A stretch of 64,000 nt of DNA from Armatimonadota bacterium (GCA_046292385.1 JBKBRF010000002.1:203653-267652); one strand, 5' to 3'. Positions 1 to 10,241 are shown, counted from the first letter of the stretch. A program made the numbers and translations. Notes: generated from the letters alone by a model not told the origin.

Positions 1-241
1 CGGCGTCGGACGGAGCGCGGCCCGGCTTCTCCTGCGTGCTGGGGGTGCCCGGATCGACCGCCGCGGGCTGCGGGCGTTTGCCGTCGTGCACCCGCCACTT
101 GTTCCCCGGCAGGAACGGGGTGTCGTCGTAGCCGAGGTTCGGCTGCTGCGCGCCGGCGGCCAGGCCGAGGCCAACCCCGGCACCGGCCGCCGCGACTACG
201 GTCACGAGGGCGCGCCGGGACCATTTCTGGCGAATCTTCAC
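1..241 (-). CDS. DUF1080 (3-keto-disaccharide hydrolase-like) secreted protein, N-terminal part (runs off window)
   Basis: Manual translation gives VKIRQKWSRRALVTVVAAAG...GYDDTPFLPGNKWRVHDGKRPQP...PSDA, the typical N-terminus of this family. GTG start with AAGGAG upstream and an RR-containing signal peptide. Confidence 0.7.
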   Translation of the reverse strand, partial: MKIRQKWSRRALVTVVAAAGAGVGLGLAAGAQQPNLGYDDTPFLPGNKWRVHDGKRPQPAAVDPGTPSTQEKPGRAPSDA

Positions 242-414
242 GTGCGTGACTCCTTGCGAGTTGTGAAAAGACGAAGCCCGGTTCACCGGTGGAACGGGGG
301 ACTCCTGGAGGAGGGCGATACCGGAGAGCGGCCACTTACGTCTGCCTACTGTACGCGTTCACGCACTGCGGGCGCGCGCTTGCCCCCTCTATCCTACGCG
401 CGGAGACCCTTCCG

Positions 415-1311
415 ATGAGCGTGGTGCTGCAGAATCTCACGAAAGTCTATGATCGCAAAGTCGTCAGCGTCGACGACGTCTCGCTCCGCGTCGATTCCGG
501 CGTGCTGGGCCTCCTCGGGCCGAACGGCGCGGGCAAGACGACGCTGATGCGCATGCTGGCGACGCTGCTCGATCCCACCACCGGCACCGCCAGCGTGGAC
601 GGCTACGACGTGCGCCGGCAGCGGTCCGACGTGCGCCGCATCCTCGGCTACCTGCCGCAGCAGTTCGGTCTCTACCCGCACATGTCGTGCCGGGAGATGC
701 TGGAGTACGTGGGGCTGCTCTACGGCCTGCCGCGGCCGGAGCGGCGCGAGGCGGTGGAGCGCACGCTGCACGCGGTGCATCTGGAAGAGTTCGCGAAGCG
801 GAAGGTCGGCGCGCTCTCCGGCGGGATGAAGCAGCGCCTCGGCATCGCGCAGGCGGTCCTCGCGAGCCCGCGGCTGCTGATCGTCGACGAGCCGACCTCC
901 GGCCTCGACCCGGAGGAGCGGATCCGGGTGCGGAACCTGCTGGCGGAGCTGGCGCGGGACCGGGTGGTGATCCTCTCCACCCACATCGTGGGCGACGTGA
1001 CGGCGACGGCGCACACCCTCGCGCTGCTACGGCGGGGGAAGCTGATCTTCCACGGCACGCAGCCGGAGCTGCTGCGGGAGGTGGAGGGGCGGGTCTGGAC
1101 CGCCCGCGTCTCCGAGCCGGACCTGCCGCGCCTGAAGGAAGCGTGCCTGATCACCGGCATCACCCACGCGGCGGATGGTCTGGAAGCGCGGCTCGTGGCC
1201 GAAGACCCGGGACGGCTGCCGGGGGTGCTGCAAGCCTCCGCCGCCGCCGCGGGGCTGGAGGACGCCTACCTCTACCGGATGGGGCAGGACGCGCTGGAGG
1301 TGGGGGTATGA
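415..1311 (+). CDS. ABC transporter ATP-binding protein (ABC-2/multidrug type)
   Basis: Walker A GPNGAGKT, signature LSGGMKQR, Walker B LLIVDEP, H-loop LSTH. Confidence 0.95.
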   Translation: MSVVLQNLTKVYDRKVVSVDDVSLRVDSGVLGLLGPNGAGKTTLMRMLATLLDPTTGTASVDGYDVRRQRSDVRRILGYLPQQFGLYPHMSCREMLEYVGLLYGLPRPERREAVERTLHAVHLEEFAKRKVGALSGGMKQRLGIAQAVLASPRLLIVDEPTSGLDPEERIRVRNLLAELARDRVVILSTHIVGDVTATAHTLALLRRGKLIFHGTQPELLREVEGRVWTARVSEPDLPRLKEACLITGITHAADGLEARLVAEDPGRLPGVLQASAAAAGLEDAYLYRMGQDALEVGV

Positions 1312-2648
1312 ACGGCGCCGTGCCGGCCGCGATGCCGGGTGCCGGTCTCGGGGAGCTGGCCCGCGCGGAGCTGCGGCTGGTGGTCCGCAGCGGCGGCTTC
1401 CTGCTGCTCGCCGCGCTGGTGGCGGTCTGCGCCGTGCTGACGCAGGTGACCCTGCGCTACGCCGCCCCGATGGTCCTGAGCCTCGGGCCCACCGCCTACA
1501 GCTACCTGCGGGACCTGCTCGACGCGCTGCTGCCGATCGTGGTGCCGCCGCTCGTCTGCGCCGCGGCGCTGCGGGAGCACCGCCTGGAGATGGGCGACCT
1601 GCTGCTCTCCAAGCCGCCCTCCAGCGAGCGCCTCTACTGGGGAAAGCTGGTCGGGGTCTCCGCCGCCGTCGCCCTCCTGCTTCCGGTCGCGGCGCTGGCG
1701 GCGCTCGCCGCCCAGGCCGCCCTCTTCCGCGAAGTGACGGTCTACGCCGTGCTCCTCGCCGCCCTGCGCGCCGCCCCGCCGCTCCTGTTCAGCACGCTCC
1801 TCTCGTTCGCGCTGGCCACCTTTGCGCGCTCCGCCCTGGTAGCCGGCTTCGCCATGGCGCTGCCGATCGCGGTGGCGGCGGGCAGCAGCTACCTGATCCC
1901 GGTCCTCCAGTTCACGCTAACGCCGTACCATCTCACCTGGGCGCTGCTCGGCCTCGCCTGCGCGGCGGGGGTGGCGGCCTGGTGGCAGGCGGGCCGTCAG
2001 CCGGAGCGGACGCTCCTCCGTCGGGTCGCGCCGGCCGCCGCGGCCCTCGCGCTCGCCCTCGTCGCCGGGGCTTCGGCCACCGCGAAGTGGCGCGGCTGGA
2101 CCCTCGACGCCGACCCGGCAATGCAGCGCCTGGGGGACCGGAAGCTGCAGAACGGGCCGCTTCCGGACACGCCGATGCGGACGGTCGACGGCGGCACCCT
2201 GCGGCTCGGCGCCTGGACGGGCAAGCCGCTGACGGTCGTCCTCTGGTCCACCGACGGCGCCGACGGGGCGTCCGAAGCCGCGGCGCTCGCTCGCGCGTGC
2301 CGCGAGGGCGGGGAAGGCCGCGTGGAGCTGGTCACCGCGTGCGTGACGGAAGATCCGCTCCGGGCCGGGGATGTCGCCGCCATTGCCGGGCTCGACGGCC
2401 CGGTGCTCTGGAACCCGCCGCCCCGCTTTGAAATGGCGACCGGCCTGGCCGCCGCGCTCGGCATCGAGCAGGCGCCCCAGCGAGCGATCGCCGCCTTCCT
2501 GCGCGGCAAGGACCCGGTCGTGGGGCCGAGCACCGTCACGGAGCCGCCGATGCAGGCCGGCGGAGCACCGCCCCGGCGGCAGTGGGCGCACCGCCTGACT
2601 CAGCTCGGGACCGCCGCGTTCCGGCGGCTGGCGGAGGAGAAGCACTAG
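1308..2648 (+). CDS. ABC-2 type permease fused to a C-terminal thioredoxin/redoxin-like domain lacking CxxC
   Basis: ATGA overlap with the ATPase. Multiple TM segments with an RE..L.LSKP..GK motif. C-terminal LPDTPMRTVDGGTLRLGAWTGKPLTVVLWST resembles a redoxin N-terminus. Confidence 0.7.
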   Translation: MNGAVPAAMPGAGLGELARAELRLVVRSGGFLLLAALVAVCAVLTQVTLRYAAPMVLSLGPTAYSYLRDLLDALLPIVVPPLVCAAALREHRLEMGDLLLSKPPSSERLYWGKLVGVSAAVALLLPVAALAALAAQAALFREVTVYAVLLAALRAAPPLLFSTLLSFALATFARSALVAGFAMALPIAVAAGSSYLIPVLQFTLTPYHLTWALLGLACAAGVAAWWQAGRQPERTLLRRVAPAAAALALALVAGASATAKWRGWTLDADPAMQRLGDRKLQNGPLPDTPMRTVDGGTLRLGAWTGKPLTVVLWSTDGADGASEAAALARACREGGEGRVELVTACVTEDPLRAGDVAAIAGLDGPVLWNPPPRFEMATGLAAALGIEQAPQRAIAAFLRGKDPVVGPSTVTEPPMQAGGAPPRRQWAHRLTQLGTAAFRRLAEEKH

Positions 2649-2649
2649 G

Positions 2650-3330
2650 ATGCGCGACTTCTTCCAGTACGTACGACTCTCGGCCGGCGTGGTGGTGCGC
2701 AACGACGCCTGGCTGATGGTGCTGCCGATCGCCTTCCTCTACGTGGTGGGGCTCTGGACGCTCTACTTCGTGGAGACCTCGAAGTGGGACCCCGGGATCG
2801 CGGTGACCCAGGCGGAAGTGTTTGCGCCGCTGGTGGCGGTCTTCATCTTCGCCGGCCTGCTCGACGCGGAGCAGCGGCGGGGCGCCGGCGAGATCGTCTT
2901 CAGCAAGCCGCACCCGCCGGCGCTGCTGCTCGGAGTCCGCGTGGTCCTCGCCCTGCTGGTGAGCGAGCTGTTCCTGCTGTCGGTGCTGATCGCCTACCAC
3001 TTTCGGTTCGGCAACGCCGCCATCGGGCCGTCGATGCTCTACGCGATCCCCCCCTGCCTCTTCATGGGGCTGATCGCGCTGACGACGGGTCGGTCGGTGC
3101 GGAGCGCGGCGGCCGGCTACGGGCTCTCGCTCGGGTTCTGGCTCTGGGACAGCACCGCCGGGATGCTCTACAACCCGCTCTTCGTGCTGCCGGCCGCGGA
3201 GATCGATTCCCCGGAGATCACCGGCGCCTCGCCCGCCGTCTTCCTGGCGGCGAACAAGCTGGCGATGCTGACGGTCGCCGCCGCGCTCTTCTGGCTCAAC
3301 ACCCGCGCGCTGCGCCGGAGCGGCTTCTGA
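2650..3330 (+). CDS. ABC-2 type permease subunit
   Basis: About 6 hydrophobic segments with EQRRGAGEIVFSKP motif; tightly coupled in the operon. Confidence 0.75.
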   Translation: MRDFFQYVRLSAGVVVRNDAWLMVLPIAFLYVVGLWTLYFVETSKWDPGIAVTQAEVFAPLVAVFIFAGLLDAEQRRGAGEIVFSKPHPPALLLGVRVVLALLVSELFLLSVLIAYHFRFGNAAIGPSMLYAIPPCLFMGLIALTTGRSVRSAAAGYGLSLGFWLWDSTAGMLYNPLFVLPAAEIDSPEITGASPAVFLAANKLAMLTVAAALFWLNTRALRRSGF

Positions 3331-6272
3331 TGCTACCCCGACTCCGCACCTTCCTGATCGGGCTTGCCCTGGTCCTCGGCTACTTCTGGACCGGCGCCGC
3401 GGCCAAGCTGCTCCTCCTCTCCAGCGGCGGCGGCGGGCTGCCGCACGGGAGCGACCTGCGCGTCCGGCCGATGCGCGGCTATACCGTGACGGCGGCCAAC
3501 CGCGCGATGGGCAACCTGATGTCGGTCTACGGTCCCCTGCCGATGCCCGCCGCCTTCGGTGCCGGCGTGGCCGCGCACCTGCGGGGGGTGGGCGTGGGCC
3601 TCGACGCCGCGCAGCCGGATTACGACGAGAAGCGGCGCGAGGCGCTGGAGCGCTCCGTAGCCGCTCCCGGCTGGCACCCGTTCCGCAGCCACGCCCGCCT
3701 GGAGCTGGCGGCGCTGGAGCTCTATCCCAGCCCCATCGGCTTCTCAGAAGGGCTCGCCGACGTAGGCCGGTCCGACCGGGGGGCCTGGGTGACGGTCGGC
3801 ATGGTCGACGCCGACCGCTGGTGGATCGCGCGCCAGGCGACCGGCCCCAACCCGCCGCGCGCGGAGGAGCTGTACACGGCGGTCATCGCCGCCCGCCCCG
3901 GCCCCCTACTTTCCGGGGAGGCGCTCTGGATGCGCGCGCTGGCGGCGGCGGAGCGGTGGGACTTCGCCCGGTCGGAAGCAGACTTCCGGGAGCTGGTGAT
4001 CGCCTCTCCGCAGTCGCCGCTCGCCCACCTGGCGCTGCAGCAGCTCCAGGCGACGCCCCCCGGCCGCAGGTCGGCGGCGGACCTCGTCCCGCTCTACCGC
4101 CACGTGCTGCGGCACCGGGAGGGCGTGGAGCGCGCGCGGCTCGCCCCGGACCTGGCAGGACTACTCCAGATGACTGGGGACCAGGACGCCGCCCGGAAGG
4201 TCCTGCGCGACGCCCTCGCGGAGCTGGACCGGCTCCAGGCGGACGGCAAGCTCCGGGACGCGGACCTGGAGCTGCAGCGGAACTTGGGCGAGGCGCTCCA
4301 GCGGCTGGAGACCGAGAAGCCGGCCCCGTTCTTCCCGCCGCCGGTGGAGGCGGCCCCCGGACCGCGCGCGCCGGTCCGCTCCCGCGTGCTGGCGAACGGG
4401 AAGCCGCTCGCCGGCGTGATCGCCGCGCTGGTGCCGGTGCCGGACGCCCTGCGCGGCCTGCCGGTAGAAGTCCAGAACGAGGCGGCGGCTCCCCGCCCCG
4501 CGGGCGCGCCGCCAATCCCGCGGGACGCGAACGAGGCACAGCGGGCCCATTCCTGGTTCACGCAGGGCGTGGCCTCCTGGCTGCGCACTCGCCCGGAGCT
4601 GGTGACCCGCTCCGGCGCCGACGGCGCGCTGAGCTGGCCGTCGATCCCCTCCGGCGCCTACGCCGTCTTCCTGCGCGCCGGCACCTGGCAGCTTCCGGAC
4701 GGAGGAAAAGCCCTAGCGCCGGTGCCGCTCTCGGAGCCGGTTCAGGTGGCCGGGGCGGAAGTGAAGCTCCCGGACCTCCGCCTCGTCACGCCGCCGGAGG
4801 TCCGGCCGCCTTCCGCAGCAGACCCGACCCTCCGCTGGACGCGCGTTCCCGGCGCCGCCGCCTACCGGGTGTCGCTGGCGGCCCGGCTGCTCGACTTCTC
4901 ACCGCAGCAGGTGGACGATACCGGCAGCGGCTCCGCGGCGATCGATCCGGAAGTCGCCTGGTGGCGCGACGGGATTCACGGAGCCTCGACGCCGCTCTCG
5001 GCGGAGGCGTTCGTTGGCCCGGCGGAGGACCCGCTCCGCAGCGGCCTGGCCGCGGGCTGGCAGTACACCTGCCGCGTGGAAGCATTCGATGCGGGCGGAA
5101 AGCTGCTGGCGCAGTCGGAGACGCTCACTCCGCGGGACGGCTTCTCCGGGTGGGGCTGGCGCGCGCTCGCCGGAACGAAGAAAGGGGCGGCCGGCGAGCC
5201 GCCGGCGGCGCAGCGGTTCGCCAGCATGGCGGAGATCGTGGGGGGCGCGGACGAGTTCGGCAGCCCGTTCCTGCAGATGATCACGCGGGAGGAGGTCCAG
5301 CCGCAGCCGCGGAAGCCCCGGTCGATCCCGGTGATGGCGGCGCTGAAGTCGAACGGCCAGGGGCTGCCGCCCCGCCGCCCGCTGGGTGGCCTCCCGCCGC
5401 CGCACGCGATGCCGCCACCCGGCGGACCGGGCGGGCCGATGCTGGCCGGAGTCCCGCCCGGGATGGTCCCGCCCGGCATGGTTGCGCCTCCGGGGATGCC
5501 GCTCCCGGGCGGGCCGCCTCCGGGCGCCACCATGGGGCCCGGAGGTCCCTTCGGACCGGGAGGCCCCGGTAGTCCCGGCATGACGGCACCGGTTCTGCCG
5601 GGGCCGGACGGCAGACCCCCGGTCGTCGCGGCCCCACCCCCGCCCGCTCCGGCGCCGGCTCCCGAGCCGCTGACCGTCTCGCTGGTAGAGCTTTCCGGAC
5701 CTGACGTCGAGACCTGGCAGACCGCGGACGGCGAGCCGGTGGAGCCCGCGGAGGGCGCGCTGCCGCTCCGGGGGACGCTGCGCCCTTCCGGCGGAGCGAT
5801 CCCGCTCCCGGCAGGGTCGCGGCGGCTCCTGGCCCGAACCGCCGGGGCGGGCGCGGTGATCTTCGTTCTCCACGACCGGAACGGGCAGTCGAAACGGCTC
5901 AAGGCGGGCGACCCGGTCCCGCCCGGGGAGTGGTCGCTGGCCGAGATCACTGCGAAGCCCCGAGACGGCGCGCTGATCCGCCTGGTCCGCGCGGCGGTCG
6001 AGGTGGCCCCCGGCACGGGCATCCACCTCACGGCTCGCCGGGTGGAGGGCTTCGTCGTGCTGCGGCTGCGGAGCCTCGCCTCCGAGCCGCTGCGCGCGGA
6101 ACTGTGGGGCGGTGCGGAGGCTCCGCTCGGTGAGGTCGAGCTCTCCCCCCGCGGCAGCACCCGCCTGCGGCTGCCGCTGTCGCTCTTCCCGCAGGGTCCG
6201 CCGGAGCGGCTGGAGGCGCGGTGGGAGGGAGGCCGGGCGGAAGCTGCCCTGAGGCCGAGGGATGAGGAATGA
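3330..6272 (+). CDS. Large membrane-anchored/exported protein (TPR-like helices, beta-sandwich domains, Pro/Gly/Met-rich linker)
   Basis: TGATG overlap with the upstream permease. N-terminal hydrophobic segment, TPR-like A/L-rich helices, FN3-like LRWTRVPGAAAYRV...YTCRVEAFD, and PPGM repeats. Confidence 0.65.
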   Translation: MLPRLRTFLIGLALVLGYFWTGAAAKLLLLSSGGGGLPHGSDLRVRPMRGYTVTAANRAMGNLMSVYGPLPMPAAFGAGVAAHLRGVGVGLDAAQPDYDEKRREALERSVAAPGWHPFRSHARLELAALELYPSPIGFSEGLADVGRSDRGAWVTVGMVDADRWWIARQATGPNPPRAEELYTAVIAARPGPLLSGEALWMRALAAAERWDFARSEADFRELVIASPQSPLAHLALQQLQATPPGRRSAADLVPLYRHVLRHREGVERARLAPDLAGLLQMTGDQDAARKVLRDALAELDRLQADGKLRDADLELQRNLGEALQRLETEKPAPFFPPPVEAAPGPRAPVRSRVLANGKPLAGVIAALVPVPDALRGLPVEVQNEAAAPRPAGAPPIPRDANEAQRAHSWFTQGVASWLRTRPELVTRSGADGALSWPSIPSGAYAVFLRAGTWQLPDGGKALAPVPLSEPVQVAGAEVKLPDLRLVTPPEVRPPSAADPTLRWTRVPGAAAYRVSLAARLLDFSPQQVDDTGSGSAAIDPEVAWWRDGIHGASTPLSAEAFVGPAEDPLRSGLAAGWQYTCRVEAFDAGGKLLAQSETLTPRDGFSGWGWRALAGTKKGAAGEPPAAQRFASMAEIVGGADEFGSPFLQMITREEVQPQPRKPRSIPVMAALKSNGQGLPPRRPLGGLPPPHAMPPPGGPGGPMLAGVPPGMVPPGMVAPPGMPLPGGPPPGATMGPGGPFGPGGPGSPGMTAPVLPGPDGRPPVVAAPPPPAPAPAPEPLTVSLVELSGPDVETWQTADGEPVEPAEGALPLRGTLRPSGGAIPLPAGSRRLLARTAGAGAVIFVLHDRNGQSKRLKAGDPVPPGEWSLAEITAKPRDGALIRLVRAAVEVAPGTGIHLTARRVEGFVVLRLRSLASEPLRAELWGGAEAPLGEVELSPRGSTRLRLPLSLFPQGPPERLEARWEGGRAEAALRPRDEE

Positions 6273-6590
6273 GGGACCCTTAAAGGCAAAAGGCTAAAGG
6301 CTAAAGGCAAAAGGCTAAAGTCCGAACCCTCCGTGAGCGGGAGGTCCTGCTCCTACTCTTGCTCCTGCTCGCTGGCGACCGGGTGTTTCCGGCACGTCTT
6401 CGTAGGGATGAGCGATGAGGGATGAAGGCGGGCCTTCCGGATCAGAGTGGGAGAGTGGGAGCAAGGGAGAGTGGGAGAGCCGCTCCCTCGGTGCTGTTAG
6501 CAGATTCCCGGCTCCGAGCCCCACCCGCCGGGGAGCGCAACCTGCAACCTGCCAACTTGCTAACCTGCAACAGACGTCTCCCACTCTCCA
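6259..6590. repeat. Mosaic intergenic repeat block (GGGATGA, AAAGGCT/A, GCTCCT, GGGAGAGT, AACCTGC arrays plus ~60-bp cassette at 6321-6380)
   Basis: Tandem units directly visible. Confidence 0.9.
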
Positions 6591-6695
6591 TTGCCAAAGG
6601 ATTCGGGCACCTTAAAGCTGCGGCGCCGCGCTGACGGGATTCGGCGCGGCACCGCATAATGTACCTTCGAGCCTCACTTCGGCCCAGGACTCACG

Positions 6696-9068
6696 ATGCC
6701 CGCCACGCCGCCCACTCCGGAACCGGTCCTCGATCTCCACGATCCCTCCCTCTACATCAACCGGGAGCTGAGCTGGCTCGAGTTCAACCACCGGGTGCTG
6801 GAGGAGGCGCTGGAGCACGATAAGCCGCTGCTGGAGCGGTTGAAGTTCCTCTCGATCGTCAGCTCCAACCTGGACGAGTTCTTCATGGTCCGCGTCGCCG
6901 GCCTGAAGCGGCAGGTGCGCTCGCAGCGGATGCAGCGCGGTGCGGAAGGCCTGGCCGCGGAGGAGCAGCTCCGCCGTATTGCGGAGCGATGCCACCTGCT
7001 GGTGCGGGAGCAGGACCGCTGCCTGAACGAGGAGATCCTGCCGGGCCTGGCGGAGCACGGGATCGAGATCAAGCAGATCGAGCAGCTCACGCCGGAGCAG
7101 GCACGTTGGGTGAAGGACTACTTCCACCGGCAGGTCTTCCCGGTGCTCACCCCGCTCGGCATCGACCCGAGCCACCCGTTCCCCCAGCTCCGCAACCGCA
7201 GCCTCAACCTGGTGGTGACGCTCCGCAAGGGCCGGCCCGCCCCGGGCGGCTGGACCTCGCCGCTCTACCTGGCGGTGGTGCAGGTGCCGACCGGCATCCC
7301 GCGGCTGGTGCAGCTTCCGGCGGAGAAGGGCGTGCAGTTCGTGCTGCTGGAAGACGTGATCTGCGCCCAGATCTCCGAGCTGTTCCAGGGGCTCACCGTC
7401 ACCGGCTGCTACCCGTTCCGGATCACCCGCGACAGCGACCTCGAATTCGACGAGGAAGAGGCGGAGGACCTGCTGGAGCAGATCGAGCAGGAGCTGCGGA
7501 AGCGGGAGTGGGGCGACACGGTGCGCCTGGAGGTGACGAAGAGCTGCGGCCCGCGCGCGATGGAGGAGCTGCTCCAGGCGCTGGAGATCACGGAGCAGGA
7601 CGTCTACTGCCGCGCCGCGCCGCTGAACCAGACCGACTTCATGGCGCTCTACCGCCTGCCGGACTACGCGCACCTGAAGGACGCGCCGTTCGTGGCGCCG
7701 GAGGTCCGCCCGGTCCAGGGAGAGACCGACCTCTTCGCGGTGCTGCGCGAGCAGGACGTCCTGATCCACCACCCCTACGAGTCGTTCAACACGGTGGTGA
7801 AGTTCGTGGAGCAGGCGGCGGACGATCCGGACGTGCTGGCGATCAAGCAGACGCTCTACCGGACCAGCGGCGACTCCCCCCTGGTGGCGGCGCTCACCCG
7901 CGCGGCGGAGAACGGCAAGCAGGTGACCGCCATCGTGGAGCTGAAGGCGCGCTTCGACGAGGAGAACAACATCGGCTGGGCCCGCCGGCTGGAGCGCTCC
8001 GGCGTCCACGTGGTCTACGGCCTGATGGGCCTCAAGATCCACTGCAAGCTGCTCCTGGTGGTGCGCCGCGAGCCGGGGGAGGACCGTCTCCGGCGCTACG
8101 TGCACCTCGGTACCGGGAACTACAATCCCAGCACGGCGCGGCTCTACACCGATCTCGGCCTGCTCACCAGCTCGCTGCGGATCGGCCAGGACGTCTCCCG
8201 CCTCTTCAACGTGCTGACCGGCTACTCCGAGTTTCCGAAGTGGCGGCGGCTCGCCGTCTCCCCGCTTGGCCTTCGCGAGCGGGTAGTCGAGCTGATCGAG
8301 CGGGAAGCGGAGCACGCGCGCAAGGGCCGGCAGGGGCGCATCATCGCGCAGATGAACAGCCTGGTCGATCCGGAGGCGATCCGCGCCCTCTACCGCGCCT
8401 CCCAGGCCGGCGTCTCGATCGACCTGATCGTCCGCGGCGTCTGCTGCCTCCGCGCGCAGGTGCCGGGGGTCAGCGACAACATCCGGGTCCGCAGCATCGT
8501 CGGGCGAGACCTGGAGCACCGCCGGATCTTCTACTTCCGCAGTGGCGGCGAGGAAGAAGTCTACCTGGCGAGCGCGGACTGGATGCCGCGGAACTTCCTG
8601 CGGCGCGTGGAGGTGATGTTCCCGGTGGAAGACCCGGCGCTGCGGCGGCGAGTGGCGGAGATGCTGCACCTGGCGCTGCGGGACAACGTGAACGCGCGCC
8701 AGCTCTGCGCGGACGGGCGCTACGTGCCGGTGAAGCCGAAACGGGGGCAGAACCGCCTCGACAGCCAGCTCGCTTTCCGCGACCGCGCCCTGCGGGAGCA
8801 CGCGACGCCGCGCGAGCGCGCGCTCGGCACCGACCTGCTGGTACGGGACCTGAGCCACCCGGGCGGGCCGGAACACGTGGCGCTCACCGCGCTCTTCCCG
8901 GTCCGGAACACCCCGCCCGAGTTGCCGCACGAGCCGGTCCATCCGCCCGACCCGGTACCGCCCAACGGCAGCCGGAACGGTCACGCCGGCGTCAACGGCG
9001 CCGGGACACCGTACGTCCCGGAGCAGGAGGCGGAAGAAGCGCTCTACGACGACGCCAGCGGCGTTTGA
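6696..9068 (+). CDS. ppk1: Polyphosphate kinase 1
   Basis: INRELSWLEFNHRVL, SNLDEFFMVRVAGL, IKQTLYRTSGDSP, ELKARFDEENN, GLKIHCK, SADWMPRN motifs. Confidence 0.97.
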   Translation: MPATPPTPEPVLDLHDPSLYINRELSWLEFNHRVLEEALEHDKPLLERLKFLSIVSSNLDEFFMVRVAGLKRQVRSQRMQRGAEGLAAEEQLRRIAERCHLLVREQDRCLNEEILPGLAEHGIEIKQIEQLTPEQARWVKDYFHRQVFPVLTPLGIDPSHPFPQLRNRSLNLVVTLRKGRPAPGGWTSPLYLAVVQVPTGIPRLVQLPAEKGVQFVLLEDVICAQISELFQGLTVTGCYPFRITRDSDLEFDEEEAEDLLEQIEQELRKREWGDTVRLEVTKSCGPRAMEELLQALEITEQDVYCRAAPLNQTDFMALYRLPDYAHLKDAPFVAPEVRPVQGETDLFAVLREQDVLIHHPYESFNTVVKFVEQAADDPDVLAIKQTLYRTSGDSPLVAALTRAAENGKQVTAIVELKARFDEENNIGWARRLERSGVHVVYGLMGLKIHCKLLLVVRREPGEDRLRRYVHLGTGNYNPSTARLYTDLGLLTSSLRIGQDVSRLFNVLTGYSEFPKWRRLAVSPLGLRERVVELIEREAEHARKGRQGRIIAQMNSLVDPEAIRALYRASQAGVSIDLIVRGVCCLRAQVPGVSDNIRVRSIVGRDLEHRRIFYFRSGGEEEVYLASADWMPRNFLRRVEVMFPVEDPALRRRVAEMLHLALRDNVNARQLCADGRYVPVKPKRGQNRLDSQLAFRDRALREHATPRERALGTDLLVRDLSHPGGPEHVALTALFPVRNTPPELPHEPVHPPDPVPPNGSRNGHAGVNGAGTPYVPEQEAEEALYDDASGV

Positions 9069-9078
9069 CCTGTTTCCA

Positions 9079-9146
9079 GTTGGCAGGTTAGCAGGTTTCA
9101 GGTTGTGCCTCCGTAGGCGGGTCCGAAACCTGCAAACCTGCTAACC
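9079..9146. repeat. Inverted AACCTGC-family arrays forming a hairpin between convergent genes (possible terminator role)
   Basis: gttggcaggttagcaggtttcaggtt ... aaacctgcaaacctgctaacc. Confidence 0.85.
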
Positions 9147-10241
9147 CGGCTCCCCTTCGAGAATCAGGTCCGCGACGCGGTTGCCGATCTCGACGGTCGG
9201 CAGGTGGCCGCCGAGGTCGGGGCCGAGCAGCTTCCCCGCCGCGAGGCCCGACTCGACGGCGCGGTGGACCCGCCGGCCCGCTTTCCGGAGCGGCTCGTCG
9301 TCGTGGCGCTCGCCCAGCCAGTCGAGGAGCATCGCGGCGCTCAGGATCGCGGCGAGCGGGTTGGCGAGGCCCTGCCCGGCAATGTCCGGCGCGGTGCCGT
9401 GAGTCGGCTGGAAGACGGCGTGGCGGTCGCCCAGATCCGCGGACGGCGCGAGGCCGAGCCCGCCCGCCAGGGCGGGACCGAGATCGGAGAGGATGTCGCC
9501 GAACATGTTCTCGGTGACGAGGACGTCGAACTGCTCCGGCTGGCGGACCAGCTTCATGGCGCAGGCGTCGACGTATTCGTGCCGCGCCTCCAGGTCCGGG
9601 TAGCCGGCGGCGACCTCGTCGAAGACCTGCCGGAAGAAGGCGGAGGAGCGGAAGACGTTCGCCTTGTCGACGCAGGTCACGCGCCCCGGCCTGCCGCGTT
9701 CCCGGGCGCGCCGGCGGGCCCACTCGAAGGCGGCGCGGCAGACCCGCTCTGTCCCCTTGCGGGTGATTACCTGCTGGTCGGTTGCCACCTCATCCCGCAG
9801 CACCACGCCGCCGCCGAGGGAGGCGAAGAGCCCTTCGGTGCTCTCCCGCACCACGACGAAGTCGACCTCCTCCGGCCGCTTTTGCGCCAGCACGGCGGGC
9901 ACGCCCGGATACCAGCGCACGGGGCGGATGCCGGCGTAGAGGTCGAGCCGGAACCGCAGCTCGATCTGCGGCACCATCTCGGTCCCGTCCGGCCAGCGGA
10001 CGTCCGGCAGCCCCATCGCGCCGAGAAAGACCGCGTCGACCTCCCGGCAGCGGGAGAGGGTCGCCTCCGGCAGCGGCGCGCCGTTCTCCAGGTACTCCCC
10101 CGCGCCGGCGGGCAGCGCCTCCATCTCCAGCTGGAAGCCGCCGACCGCCTGCTCGGCGGCGCGCAGGGCGCGCACCCCCTCCGCGGTCACCTCCGGCCCG
10201 ATCCCGTCTCCCGGCAGCACGGCGATCTGGTAAGTCCGCAT
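9141..10241 (-). CDS. Isocitrate/isopropylmalate/tartrate dehydrogenase family protein
   Basis: [52 protein letters not shown]. Confidence 0.92.
   Translation of the reverse strand: MRTYQIAVLPGDGIGPEVTAEGVRALRAAEQAVGGFQLEMEALPAGAGEYLENGAPLPEATLSRCREVDAVFLGAMGLPDVRWPDGTEMVPQIELRFRLDLYAGIRPVRWYPGVPAVLAQKRPEEVDFVVVRESTEGLFASLGGGVVLRDEVATDQQVITRKGTERVCRAAFEWARRRARERGRPGRVTCVDKANVFRSSAFFRQVFDEVAAGYPDLEARHEYVDACAMKLVRQPEQFDVLVTENMFGDILSDLGPALAGGLGLAPSADLGDRHAVFQPTHGTAPDIAGQGLANPLAAILSAAMLLDWLGERHDDEPLRKAGRRVHRAVESGLAAGKLLGPDLGGHLPTVEIGNRVADLILEGEPG

Noticed and set aside
6259..6590. CRISPR array
   Set aside because: Units are 6-8 bp and tandem, with no 23-47-bp repeats separated by unique spacers and no cas genes.
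9141..10241. Assignment as leuB
   Set aside because: No leu operon context; cannot be distinguished from tartrate/malate or other family members by eye.
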